Source: a virus
Strand: one strand, 5' to 3'
IMG/VR virus record: IMGVR_UViG_3300045988_174111
Location: 32,001-96,000 of that record
Length of the DNA: 64,000 nt
Position 1 is the first letter of the stretch. Every line of letters begins with the position of its first letter. The notes under the pieces are model-generated. The model did no database searches and was not told where the DNA came from. It was given only the letters and a program-made list of their open reading frames with translations. Shown in pieces: positions 1 through 8,366 of the stretch. Made by a program: the position numbers and the translations under genes.

Positions 1-68
1 TTTTTCACTTGCCCTTTACGTTCCTTAGTTCCAAAGAATTTTACTTTAAATTGAATTTTTTCTTCCAT
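1..68 (-). CDS. 5' end (22 codons) of an ORF that runs off the left edge of the window; product unknown
   Basis: ATG at 66-68 on the minus strand reads MEEKIQFKVKFFGTKERKGQVKK with no stop before position 1. Same strand as all neighbours. Confidence 0.3.
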   Translation of the reverse strand, partial: MEEKIQFKVKFFGTKERKGQVK

Positions 69-123
69 GATATACTGATTTTATTAAGTCAATAACTTAA
101 CGATTTTTCGATATTTTTCGAAG

Positions 124-2853
124 CTATTTCTTTAAATGTTTTTGTAAAAATTTTCTTGCCAACAGCTCGTTTTCATTCAGCCCTTTATTCACGACCCCCG
201 TAATAAGGCTTTTATCTTTAACGGTTTCCCTCATTTCTACATCTATTGTGTCGGGTGATAATAGGTAGGTGATATTTATACTATTCTTTTGCCCCATTCG
301 TTCAAGACGACTGTTCGTTTGTTCCAAGTCCGTTGATTTGTCAGGCAACTCAATATAGAAGAGATTACTACAATTCTCCTGAAGACCGTCCGTACCTGTA
401 CCAGCCGACTGAATGTTAGCGAAGAGCAAGCGATGTTTCTTCTCAGAAAACTCATTCACGATTTGTTGCTTCTTCTCTGATGAAACTCCACCCTGTATTA
501 CAGGTGCTTTAAAGAACTTCGCCAGCTCCTGAAGCGGTTCACGGTGTACACCAAAGACCACCAACTGTTCGTCTTCATTCGCCTCTAACCAATCCTTGAT
601 GTATGATTGTATGAACGGCAACTTCCCTTTCACCGACAGAGATTTCAGCGTATTAATCATCACAAGGTGTGGCGCGTTGACAGCATTGTTTGCTTTCTCA
701 ATATCGATTTTTTCAAGATATGCTAATAAATCCGACTCGGCTCGCCTGTATTCTTTTAGATTCGTTATAGGGACATCAACTGTTTGCTCAACCAATGGTG
801 GTAGCTCCTCAAGAACATCTCTTTTATTCCGTCGTATATAGCCACCCATCCGTAACAATTCATGAAGCTCCTCAAGGTTACTGAATCCGCTGTCGTCAAA
901 TCCATAAACAGTTTGTTTTCCGTTGCAATATCTGAACTTGAATTCCAACGTATCACCAAAAATATCATCGAATCTTCTAATTATCTTGAAAGGCTGTATC
1001 AAGTCGGCTGGCTTATTCTGTGTCAGTGTACCTGTCAACCCCCACACATGCTGAATTCTCTTGGTTATCTTTTTAGCCATCTTTGTTCTCAAAGCCTTTT
1101 CAGACTTTAAGAAGTGTATTTCATCCAACGCACAAGACCCCCAATATTTCTTGAGTAGCTCCTTGAATTTTGCTGTGGGTTTTTCCATGTTACGTTCCCC
1201 GAGCACATCATAATTGATAACCACAACATCATTATTCCACACAGTTGGGTCAAACTTTCGCTTTCTTTCAATAACGCCTACTTTTCGGTCAGGCATCCAT
1301 TTTGCCCATTCCTTTTTCCAGTTATATTTCACAGATGCTGGGGTAACTATAAGAGCTGGAAACGCTGCCAATAATTCAATAAGAATAATTGTCTGGGCAG
1401 TATTATGAGTCACACAAAAATCATCACACAAATAAAGACCATCTTCATTCGACACCCTAATACACTGCATTTCTGCAAATCCCACAGGCTTAATTTCTAT
1501 AATTTTTCTCGTTGGAATATATTTTCGGGAAAAATTCAATCTATCGATTTTACGTTTCAGTTTAAATGGAATTATTTCTGGGGGGGGCATTATACTCAAC
1601 CTCCAAGAACGTTTGCATTCAATTATTTTCCCGTTCCTTTTGTATTTTCCAATCCGAACCCTTTCCCTACAAATTCCACCAAAACTTAAAACAAGCTGCT
1701 TGACATCTTCTTTTAATTGTTCTGAAGTCGAACTATAATTAATATGGCCACCCTTAGACACATAACCATCTGTATCCATTAACCCTCTAAGAATTTCAAG
1801 CCTTATTTCAGGAGTATTATACAAATAATCTTTTGGAATAAATTTATCATGAGAATGCGTTCCTAGCAGCCCATATTGCTTTAGCAGAAATTTCATAATG
1901 CTTCTTGAATTTTTGTTTTCAAGAACATTATCAATGTTTCCAATATGATAAGTAATATCATCGCTTGGCCTTTTATATATCATAGTTCCTTTTGGGAGAA
2001 TTAAATACTCAATAATTTCGTCGTCAATAGTTGTAAGCCCAACCCCATCAGAAATCCCCCCATCTCCTAATAAGCACCCTAATAAATAAGGGGAAATCGA
2101 AACATTTCTTTTAGAGTATTGGATTATACTTGTCATTGGAATTCGCCACCGATAAGATTTCTGACAAGAAGATAGATAAATATTTTCATTCATAATTTCC
2201 TTTAAAGAAAGTGTTTTAAAACCCTTTCCTCTTTTTACCCAATTATCCGTGGATACGTTCCATAAATGTTCTTCGCAACATCGAGTAAATGTTCCGTCTG
2301 AAAACTTAATTTGATACATCAATTTCCTACCTTGGGGGAATACTCCAATAACCTTTTGACTCTTTCCAGAAGGGCTTAAAATTTCATCACCGACCTTAAT
2401 ATCCCCCATGAATATAAACCCATCAGGCGTCAATATCTTTGTATCAAGAGGTTGCGCTTTTCCTAGCCCACAATCATCCCCATTGATACAGTTTCCATGA
2501 TTAATCATATAGGCAACCCCCTCGCACTGATAGGGACGAGGAATTCGCTTCATTCCTATCTCCTTACAGGCTTGCTCAACTTCATCGGCTGTTATCACCT
2601 CTTCGGGTTCCTCATAATCAATCACACGACGAGAGGGAACGTAGTTCATTCCCTCTTTGAATCCGTTCTCCTCAAGCCACTTCTTCAACGGATTCACCGT
2701 GACAAGGGAAAACGGTATGTACCACTCTTTATTTTGAGGATTCCAGCCTGCCCCAGCGAACTTCTTTACCGAAGTCACCAACGCAGGGTCGTAGGAAAAG
2801 CCAATGTACCACCAATCATGGTCTCTATACCAATATCTCATTTTCAAATTCAT
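124..2853 (-). CDS. SNF2-family DNA helicase/translocase, interrupted by an intein in helicase motif I
   Basis: 909-aa ORF. Motif I is split as GDDCGLGK ... TAQTIILIE. Downstream motifs: DEIHFLKS (DExH), GLTGTLTQNKP, and a C-terminal helicase lobe with LVVFGVH, ANIQSAGTGTDGLQ and QTNSRLERMGQ. Confidence 0.9.
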   Translation of the reverse strand: MNLKMRYWYRDHDWWYIGFSYDPALVTSVKKFAGAGWNPQNKEWYIPFSLVTVNPLKKWLEENGFKEGMNYVPSRRVIDYEEPEEVITADEVEQACKEIGMKRIPRPYQCEGVAYMINHGNCINGDDCGLGKAQPLDTKILTPDGFIFMGDIKVGDEILSPSGKSQKVIGVFPQGRKLMYQIKFSDGTFTRCCEEHLWNVSTDNWVKRGKGFKTLSLKEIMNENIYLSSCQKSYRWRIPMTSIIQYSKRNVSISPYLLGCLLGDGGISDGVGLTTIDDEIIEYLILPKGTMIYKRPSDDITYHIGNIDNVLENKNSRSIMKFLLKQYGLLGTHSHDKFIPKDYLYNTPEIRLEILRGLMDTDGYVSKGGHINYSSTSEQLKEDVKQLVLSFGGICRERVRIGKYKRNGKIIECKRSWRLSIMPPPEIIPFKLKRKIDRLNFSRKYIPTRKIIEIKPVGFAEMQCIRVSNEDGLYLCDDFCVTHNTAQTIILIELLAAFPALIVTPASVKYNWKKEWAKWMPDRKVGVIERKRKFDPTVWNNDVVVINYDVLGERNMEKPTAKFKELLKKYWGSCALDEIHFLKSEKALRTKMAKKITKRIQHVWGLTGTLTQNKPADLIQPFKIIRRFDDIFGDTLEFKFRYCNGKQTVYGFDDSGFSNLEELHELLRMGGYIRRNKRDVLEELPPLVEQTVDVPITNLKEYRRAESDLLAYLEKIDIEKANNAVNAPHLVMINTLKSLSVKGKLPFIQSYIKDWLEANEDEQLVVFGVHREPLQELAKFFKAPVIQGGVSSEKKQQIVNEFSEKKHRLLFANIQSAGTGTDGLQENCSNLFYIELPDKSTDLEQTNSRLERMGQKNSINITYLLSPDTIDVEMRETVKDKSLITGVVNKGLNENELLARKFLQKHLKK
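1402..2457 (-). mobile_element. Intein (352 aa, residues 133-484 of the SNF2 protein) with a LAGLIDADG homing endonuclease; class 3-type signature
   Basis: It starts with Ala (GLGK|AQPLDTKILTPDG) and ends THN followed by Thr (CVTHN|TAQTI). Removing it restores GLGKTAQTI. LAGLIDADG blocks: YLLGCLLGDGG and ILRGLMDTDGYV. Trp in CEEHLW, Cys in EMQCIRV and Thr in VTHN form the WCT triplet. Confidence 0.8.
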
Positions 2854-4765
2854 CTTTGGTAATTATTTTTATCCCCTTTTCCTTAGCTTTTTTCATCTTA
2901 GAGGAAGTGCTGTTGATATCTTTTACAATGAGTAAATTGCATTCTTTAGTGACACCGCTCAACACTTCATGCCCGTTCTCAATAAATTTATTTTCTAGTT
3001 CTTTGTCACGAAATCCTGTCATGCAAACAAATAACTTGTTTTTCGCAGAAGTTTTCTTTTCGGGGGTTTTCACGTAGGAAATCTTCGCTTCAAAATCATT
3101 GTGAAATTTTGCCAAACCGTCAATGAACGCTTTTGCAGTAACTTCACCCACCCCATATATCTGAACTAATTTCTTAACAGTAAGATTCTCAGCTGCCGAT
3201 TCATATAAATTCCTCTTGATTTTATCTTCCGTTTGTGAATCTAAATTATCAAGAATTAATTGACAAGTTTTTTCAGCAAGCTTTCCTTCAAAAACATTGT
3301 ACGCAGTCATGAGCCTTGCCAATGGAAGCCCTTCAGTGACAACTCTTTGAATTTCATTGTACACTTTAGAACCTTTCACATTTCCAAGATAATGCTGATA
3401 ATTTTCTTCCCAAGTTCTCACGTAATTAAAAACGCAAGACCACCCTGCATCGTACAGAGTTCTAATAGTCGGCTCTTCAAACCCCTCACAGCCAACTGTC
3501 TTGAAGAAATATACAAGATTGGAAATCTGTCTTTCCTTACAAATCAAATTCGGGCAAAACAAATTAACATGATTTTCATCCCATTTCATTGGGACCCCAC
3601 AAGACGGACAGAAAATCATATCATCCATCATTTGTTCGTATTCACCTTCATCGTAGCTAATTGTATCTAAATGCTTAGGAATGACATCTCCGGAACGGGT
3701 TATCTCTATCAATGCCCCTTTACAGATGTGATTATCTACTAAGTATGCCGCATTGTACGCTGTTGCTCTTGATACTGTTGCACCGTCCATTTCAACTGGC
3801 TCTATTAAAATAACAGGATTCAACGCCCCTGTCTTCCCTATGCCATATTCTATCCCCAAAACCTTGGTCTGGTACGTATCAACCCACTCCGGCCTCTTAT
3901 ACGCTATTGAATAGGCTGGGTTTCCGTTAGGAAGCCTTCCAAGACGATTTCTAACATCAAATTCATTTACTTCAATAACAATTCCATCAATCTTGTATTC
4001 ACCATTCAATTCTGGATATACCTCTTCATTGAACAGGGTTTCAATTTCTTCATTACTCAATTCCAACAATTCTGTAATAGGGAATAAAAAGTAATTTGCT
4101 TTATTTCCGCAAAGAGTGTCTAATTGAGTGTCCTTATTAAGCTTATCTTCAACACTCGTTCCGTACTGAACGAAATCAACCTTATTAATATAAATATTCT
4201 TATGTCCTTCCGGAGAATTGAATATCCCAGCAACCATGTTGCGAGCATTTTTATATGAAAAATCTTTCACGGATTCTTTAAGTTCCTGAAAGTTTTTCTT
4301 AGACATAATGGCTTCGCCCCATACGTATTCAAATCCAACAGAAAATTTTGGTTCCATTTTTTTAAAGTGAATGTCACTTCTTTGCCCTTCGTACCCGTCG
4401 CCACGTGTCCACACTTTACTGCCTTTGCTTACGAGCAAACTTATTCCGTCAAATTTAGGGGTAACGATAATTTCTTTGCAACCGCTTACTGCCATTTTTT
4501 CAAGCCATTTACGCAAATCTTTGACGACCTTAACTTTTTCCAAACTGAACATGGGCATAGGAAGCTTCTCCATTCTATCAGTGGCTTCTTCAACCACGCC
4601 CTTCTTAAAGAATTCATCATCGGGACTAAGCTTCCGCAGACTTTCTTCCATACTGTCATACTCTGAATCTGACACCTGAGGATTCCCCTCACGATAAGCC
4701 TTATTCAGTTCTTTCAGTTTTCTTCTGAGTTCATTGATTTTTTTAAGATTTGTTGCTTTTTTCAT
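2825..4765 (-). CDS. ligA: NAD-dependent DNA ligase (LigA type)
   Basis: 646 aa. KxDG adenylation motif (TPKFDGISL), IDGIVIEVN, Cys4 zinc finger CPSCG...CPNLIC, HhH-like region, C-terminal BRCT-like LFVCMTGFRD. Confidence 0.9.
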   Translation of the reverse strand: MKKATNLKKINELRRKLKELNKAYREGNPQVSDSEYDSMEESLRKLSPDDEFFKKGVVEEATDRMEKLPMPMFSLEKVKVVKDLRKWLEKMAVSGCKEIIVTPKFDGISLLVSKGSKVWTRGDGYEGQRSDIHFKKMEPKFSVGFEYVWGEAIMSKKNFQELKESVKDFSYKNARNMVAGIFNSPEGHKNIYINKVDFVQYGTSVEDKLNKDTQLDTLCGNKANYFLFPITELLELSNEEIETLFNEEVYPELNGEYKIDGIVIEVNEFDVRNRLGRLPNGNPAYSIAYKRPEWVDTYQTKVLGIEYGIGKTGALNPVILIEPVEMDGATVSRATAYNAAYLVDNHICKGALIEITRSGDVIPKHLDTISYDEGEYEQMMDDMIFCPSCGVPMKWDENHVNLFCPNLICKERQISNLVYFFKTVGCEGFEEPTIRTLYDAGWSCVFNYVRTWEENYQHYLGNVKGSKVYNEIQRVVTEGLPLARLMTAYNVFEGKLAEKTCQLILDNLDSQTEDKIKRNLYESAAENLTVKKLVQIYGVGEVTAKAFIDGLAKFHNDFEAKISYVKTPEKKTSAKNKLFVCMTGFRDKELENKFIENGHEVLSGVTKECNLLIVKDINSTSSKMKKAKEKGIKIITKDEFENEILV

Positions 4766-4776
4766 GATAAATTATT

Positions 4777-5019
4777 TTAGTTTTGTTCTTTCTTGCAATT
4801 AGTAATTACTGTCACAATTTTTCTACCAGTTTTAAATGTATGGACACTGTATAACAGGTTTTCTTCTTCTTCGTCCCATACCCAATACATAGATGATTGA
4901 TTGTTGTACTTCATCAAGTTTTTGCCTTGAGTTCTAGCCATACGAGCAGCCTCTCTTGCTGAAGTTGTTTCTACTGTATAAGTATCACCACCATTGAATT
5001 GAATATTGAACCGTTTCAT
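4777..5019 (-). CDS. hypothetical protein (80 aa)
   Basis: ORF in the co-directional array, preceded by a TAnnTTTG box at 5043-5050. No recognisable motif. Confidence 0.5.
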   Translation of the reverse strand: MKRFNIQFNGGDTYTVETTSAREAARMARTQGKNLMKYNNQSSMYWVWDEEEENLLYSVHTFKTGRKIVTVITNCKKEQN

Positions 5020-5042
5020 AACCCTTGATTTTTATTACACCA

Positions 5043-5050
5043 CAAAAATA
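5043..5050 (-). promoter_or_regulatory. Bacteroidota-type -7 promoter box (TATTTTTG)
   Basis: The minus strand reads TATTTTTGTGG, 23 nt upstream of the ATG at 5019, in a 72-nt intergenic gap. It matches TAnnTTTG. Confidence 0.4.
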
Positions 5051-5091
5051 GTGGAATCTAATGATATTCCAAAGAGTTTCCCTGAAATTCT

Positions 5092-5322
5092 TCAATATTT
5101 TTCAAATTCTTCCGCGGTAAGGGTTAAACAGCCCACCCACGCATTGGTTTCACTTGCTGTATATGCTTCCATGCGTTCTATAATTTTACCACCTTTAGAC
5201 TTCACCCGTAACTTTGGATACTTCGTGAAGTCATAAGCAACTTCCTCAACTTCATCTACAAGAAATAGAGGCTGGTCTGTTTGTAATGCTTTATAAACTT
5301 CTTCCCTTGATAATCTTTTCAT
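5092..5322 (-). CDS. hypothetical protein (76 aa); its 5' end shares a 22-nt repeat with the SAH gene
   Basis: ATGA start/stop overlap with the upstream SAS-like gene. Codons 7-14 (EEVYKALQ) are nucleotide-identical to the start of ORF 6004-6426. Confidence 0.55.
   Translation of the reverse strand: MKRLSREEVYKALQTDQPLFLVDEVEEVAYDFTKYPKLRVKSKGGKIIERMEAYTASETNAWVGCLTLTAEEFEKY
5282..5303. repeat. 22-nt direct repeat, copy B (tgtaatgctttataaacttctt)
   Basis: Exact match to 6398-6419, in the same orientation and the same codon phase. Confidence 0.9.
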
Positions 5323-6017
5323 AACTTAATATTTCTTATTTCCTTGTAATACTTTTCACTTTCCTCGATAAGAACTATTGCCTCACCACTTGTTTTTGGC
5401 AACACACGTATTCTTTCGTAAATTTCATGTCCGCGTCCAGGAGCTACTCCTGACCTCCTACATTTTTCAAACAGTTCTTCTCCCAACAAAGTTTTCGAAA
5501 TTTCGGGTTTTTCCTTTCCAAAAATCATTTGAGGGGTGTTCACCTGTATTTCACCAATAAGGCCATTGCTGAACTCTATATTCAAAATATGACCCGAATA
5601 TCCCGCAAAATTTTCAGGCGTTTGAACCTTATGTCTGACAACCTTGAATTCACCCTTTAACTCAAAAAGAATTTCATCCAATTTAGAAGCCTCTACGATA
5701 AAAGTGTTTCGAATTAAATCCTTTAGCTTTGAAACAGAAGTTCCTTCCAATGCAACCTTTCGTTGAACACTGTCAACCGATTTAAGATTAACAGGTGTTA
5801 CCCGTATTCCAAACCTATTTGCAAAATCATAGGAATTTTTCTGAAAATTGGTTATATTCGGAATCACTTTTGACTTGAAATAATTCTTAATCTCAGTAAC
5901 TTCATCAACTTTTTGAACCCCGTATCTTTGCCCAACACGGTGTTTACGACGGTTTTCAGGCGTGTCTTTATACACGCCTGAACGAGACTTCAAAATTTGT
6001 AATTCAATTAAGTTCAT
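5319..6017 (-). CDS. RelA/SpoT-like nucleotide pyrophosphokinase (small alarmone synthetase / toxSAS-like), divergent
   Basis: 232 aa. Motif series: NLKSVDSVQRK, LKDLIRNTFIV, AGYSGHILNIEF, GEIQVNTPQM (compare ExQxRT), GHEIYER (compare HxxYK). Overlaps the upstream HD hydrolase gene by 14 nt. Confidence 0.5.
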   Translation of the reverse strand: MNLIELQILKSRSGVYKDTPENRRKHRVGQRYGVQKVDEVTEIKNYFKSKVIPNITNFQKNSYDFANRFGIRVTPVNLKSVDSVQRKVALEGTSVSKLKDLIRNTFIVEASKLDEILFELKGEFKVVRHKVQTPENFAGYSGHILNIEFSNGLIGEIQVNTPQMIFGKEKPEISKTLLGEELFEKCRRSGVAPGRGHEIYERIRVLPKTSGEAIVLIEESEKYYKEIRNIKL

Positions 6018-6426
6018 AGTTTAAAATTGAAAGCGCATTAGAGTATTTCTCAAGATTATACACTTTTCCTCTATTTGGGTCAGTATTGTCAGCAATATCA
6101 TACTTCTTAACATTAATTGCCAAACAGTTTTTACTATCCCTAATTTTTCTAACATAATCAAAATAAGGAACGCTTTTATCATGATTTAATAACTCCAATG
6201 CTTGAATGATACATTCATTATTTGTCACTTCCCGTTTTATATCCTCAACAGTATAATGAGTATCCTCAAGAACATCATGTAGCAACGCAACCACCTTTTC
6301 ATCATCTGTTGATGCTCTGTAAGACACTCTAACAGGGTGGAGGAAATACTGTACACCGCTCTTGTCAACTTGCCCCTCATGGGCTTTTTGAGCGAACTGT
6401 AATGCTTTATAAACTTCTTTTTTCAT
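6004..6426 (-). CDS. HD-domain (p)ppGpp/(pp)pApp hydrolase-like protein (small alarmone hydrolase, SpoT/Mesh1 type)
   Basis: 140 aa. AQKAHEGQVDKSGVQYFLHPVRV followed by VALLHDVLEDT is the canonical RelA/SpoT hydrolase-domain HD signature. Confidence 0.75.
   Translation of the reverse strand: MKKEVYKALQFAQKAHEGQVDKSGVQYFLHPVRVSYRASTDDEKVVALLHDVLEDTHYTVEDIKREVTNNECIIQALELLNHDKSVPYFDYVRKIRDSKNCLAINVKKYDIADNTDPNRGKVYNLEKYSNALSILNYELN
6398..6419. repeat. 22-nt direct repeat, copy A
   Basis: Exact match to 5282-5303. It lies in codons 3-10 of the SAH gene. Confidence 0.9.
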
Positions 6427-6448
6427 ACACTTGTTTTATTTGACGCTA

Positions 6449-6456
6449 CAAATGTA
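6449..6456 (-). promoter_or_regulatory. Bacteroidota-type -7 promoter box (TACATTTG) with an upstream TTTG
   Basis: The minus strand reads tttcTTTG-19 nt-TACATTTGTAGCGTC, 22 nt upstream of the ATG at 6426. Same extended sequence and 19-nt spacing as the box at 14210-14217. Confidence 0.55.
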
Positions 6457-6489
6457 GTCAAAGAAATTAGAAGAACAAAGAAATTTCAT

Positions 6490-6516
6490 GAATATTCGGC
6501 GGGATTCCGAATATTC
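6490..6516 (-). terminator. Intrinsic-terminator-like hairpin after ORF 6528-7142
   Basis: Perfect 10-bp inverted repeat GAATATTCGG/CCGAATATTC with a 7-nt loop, 11 nt past the stop codon. The downstream U-tract is only moderate. Confidence 0.5.
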
Positions 6517-6527
6517 CTTTAAAATTT

Positions 6528-7142
6528 TTACTCTTCCATCATGTTATGGTATAGGTCAAGGCGAATTTTCGCATAAGCTGCTTCGACATTTGTAAATGCC
6601 CTTTGATTGTTTGCACCCTGTTCATTGTATATTTCGGATTCAATAACTTTTGCAACCTGCTCAACCCATTTTGGATTTGTATAAGAAGACAATTTTTTGC
6701 CATGGTAGGAAAAACAGTCGAATTTTGAATTTCGGTCTTCATGAAGATTTGTTAAAAGCTGCCGGATTTTCTTTGCTGTGGCTTCTTTGTCCGAAATATG
6801 ATTCTCTTCCCGAACCTTCTTAATTATCCGGCAAACCCTTTCAATTGCAAGGTCGAAAGCCATATTAGTAACAGTTTTAATTCGTAGCTGCGTTTCCGGA
6901 ACTAGGCTCTCGGATATAGCACTAAGCTGGATATTTTGATTCCTCGTTTCTGTCAGTAGTTCCTTGAAAGTTTCTCGCTGGGAATTCATGGTGTCGTTTA
7001 TCACCTTCATGAACCAACGAAAAAACGTTACCCACATCAATGCGGACAAAACTAAGAAAAATCCGGCTGTAATAGCCAACATACCAAAGTCTCCAATACT
7101 CTTACCAGTTTCCAGAGCTGGATTGATTACATCTGTATTCAT
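6528..7142 (-). CDS. membrane protein, function unknown (204 aa)
   Basis: One N-terminal hydrophobic helix (FGMLAITAGFFLVLSALMWVTFFRWF) followed by a soluble helical region. It has its own promoter-like box and terminator-like hairpin. Confidence 0.6.
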   Translation of the reverse strand: MNTDVINPALETGKSIGDFGMLAITAGFFLVLSALMWVTFFRWFMKVINDTMNSQRETFKELLTETRNQNIQLSAISESLVPETQLRIKTVTNMAFDLAIERVCRIIKKVREENHISDKEATAKKIRQLLTNLHEDRNSKFDCFSYHGKKLSSYTNPKWVEQVAKVIESEIYNEQGANNQRAFTNVEAAYAKIRLDLYHNMMEE

Positions 7143-7174
7143 CTTTATAAAATTGTTAAAAGTTTATTATTATA

Positions 7175-7182
7175 CAAAGATA
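7175..7182 (-). promoter_or_regulatory. Bacteroidota-type -7 promoter box (TATCTTTG)
   Basis: The minus strand reads TATCTTTGTATAA, 32 nt upstream of the ATG at 7142, in a 59-nt gap. Confidence 0.4.
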
Positions 7183-7201
7183 ATAAATAAAATTGAAACT
7201 T

Positions 7202-7534
7202 TTAACCTTTATTCAAATCAACTTTTGTTATCCAGATATAATTATCCGTTCCAAACTTGAAATTTTCCTTATGAACAGACTGAGTTCTTTCTAAGAGCCT
7301 CTGTTCCGTCATTCCGGCTGCAAAATTGTGACCTACATTTGAAACCAAAAATGTAATTTCCTGAGCGTCCTGAACTTCATTGTAGCGGCATTCTCGAGTT
7401 TTTAGCCTCACTGATGGAGCCAAATAAGCTTTGAATTCCCCCATAACTTCAAGAATCAAAATATTACAGTTACAATTCATCACAAGCCCCCGACATGCGT
7501 CAAGGAATTCTTTTTTAGAAAGATTATTTTCCAT
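7202..7534 (-). CDS. hypothetical protein (110 aa)
   Basis: ORF in the array, overlapping its upstream neighbour by 11 nt. No motif recognised. Confidence 0.55.
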   Translation of the reverse strand: MENNLSKKEFLDACRGLVMNCNCNILILEVMGEFKAYLAPSVRLKTRECRYNEVQDAQEITFLVSNVGHNFAAGMTEQRLLERTQSVHKENFKFGTDNYIWITKVDLNKG

Positions 7535-7871
7535 ACCCTATTAATTTTTCAATTGCATTTCTTTTTCTTTGTTCTTTTTCGTCCGCAGAACCCCGTTTCA
7601 TATCCTTGTCAAAACGTTTTCTAAGAATTTCTTTTTTCTTATCATCCGGAAGTCCTTTAAATGTACTGACAGAAAATTCTGGAATCAAATTCTCAACTTC
7701 GACAAATTCCATAAGCCTTCCACATACAGGGCACACCCTTTCACTTTCATGAACCATTGTAGGAACAACCTTTTTCAATTTCTTGTCGTACTTCATTGTA
7801 AATTTCCCTGGAGGAATTTCTCTTCCCCTACTGGGGCAATCCGCCCCAGTACATTTCAACATATATATCAT
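7524..7871 (-). CDS. zinc-ribbon protein, function unknown (115 aa)
   Basis: CTGADC ... CPVCG cysteine pairs. 4-nt overlap with the RuvC-like gene. Confidence 0.55.
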   Translation of the reverse strand: MIYMLKCTGADCPSRGREIPPGKFTMKYDKKLKKVVPTMVHESERVCPVCGRLMEFVEVENLIPEFSVSTFKGLPDDKKKEILRKRFDKDMKRGSADEKEQRKRNAIEKLIGYGK

Positions 7872-8365
7872 AGATAATGCCTCCTTCCATATTCAGCGAT
7901 TAATAAACTGTCAGTCAAGTTGTCATCGGCTTTCGTGCAGTTCTCCGTCCGACGTAAATCCTGTCGGGGGAACAACCGCTTCGCTGCAAGCACTGACATC
8001 ACTTTCTTGTCGGGGTTCGGCTTGATGCCCTCGTACATTTCTTTTTGCCACTTCTTAGGAGTCACCAGAACAATTCTCAAACCACACATGATGAACCCCA
8101 TGCGGAGCGCATAACATACTCCCCCGAAAGTGAACGTAGCACCCGCAGCGGAACGTGGTAGAGCGTGAACATCCTCTATCACGACAACCGTGTTATTGAT
8201 GTCACACTCCTCCGATATCTGAATAATCAATTCTGACAGTTCATGCAGGTCAAGTTCCTTCCCTACCTTTGGCATCGGATAGTGCTTGATACCTGTACTT
8301 TTCATCACCGTGATGAACCCCTGTTTTCCTGGGTCTACTCCGATAACTGTTTGCTTCTTTTCCAT
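7868..8365 (-). CDS. RuvC-like Holliday junction resolvase
   Basis: 165 aa. VIGVDPGKQG (first catalytic Asp), VVVIEDVHALP (Glu/Asp), C-terminal DNLTDSLLIAEYG. This is the RNase H-fold resolvase pattern. Confidence 0.7.
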   Translation of the reverse strand: MEKKQTVIGVDPGKQGFITVMKSTGIKHYPMPKVGKELDLHELSELIIQISEECDINNTVVVIEDVHALPRSAAGATFTFGGVCYALRMGFIMCGLRIVLVTPKKWQKEMYEGIKPNPDKKVMSVLAAKRLFPRQDLRRTENCTKADDNLTDSLLIAEYGRRHYL

Positions 8366-8366
8366 A

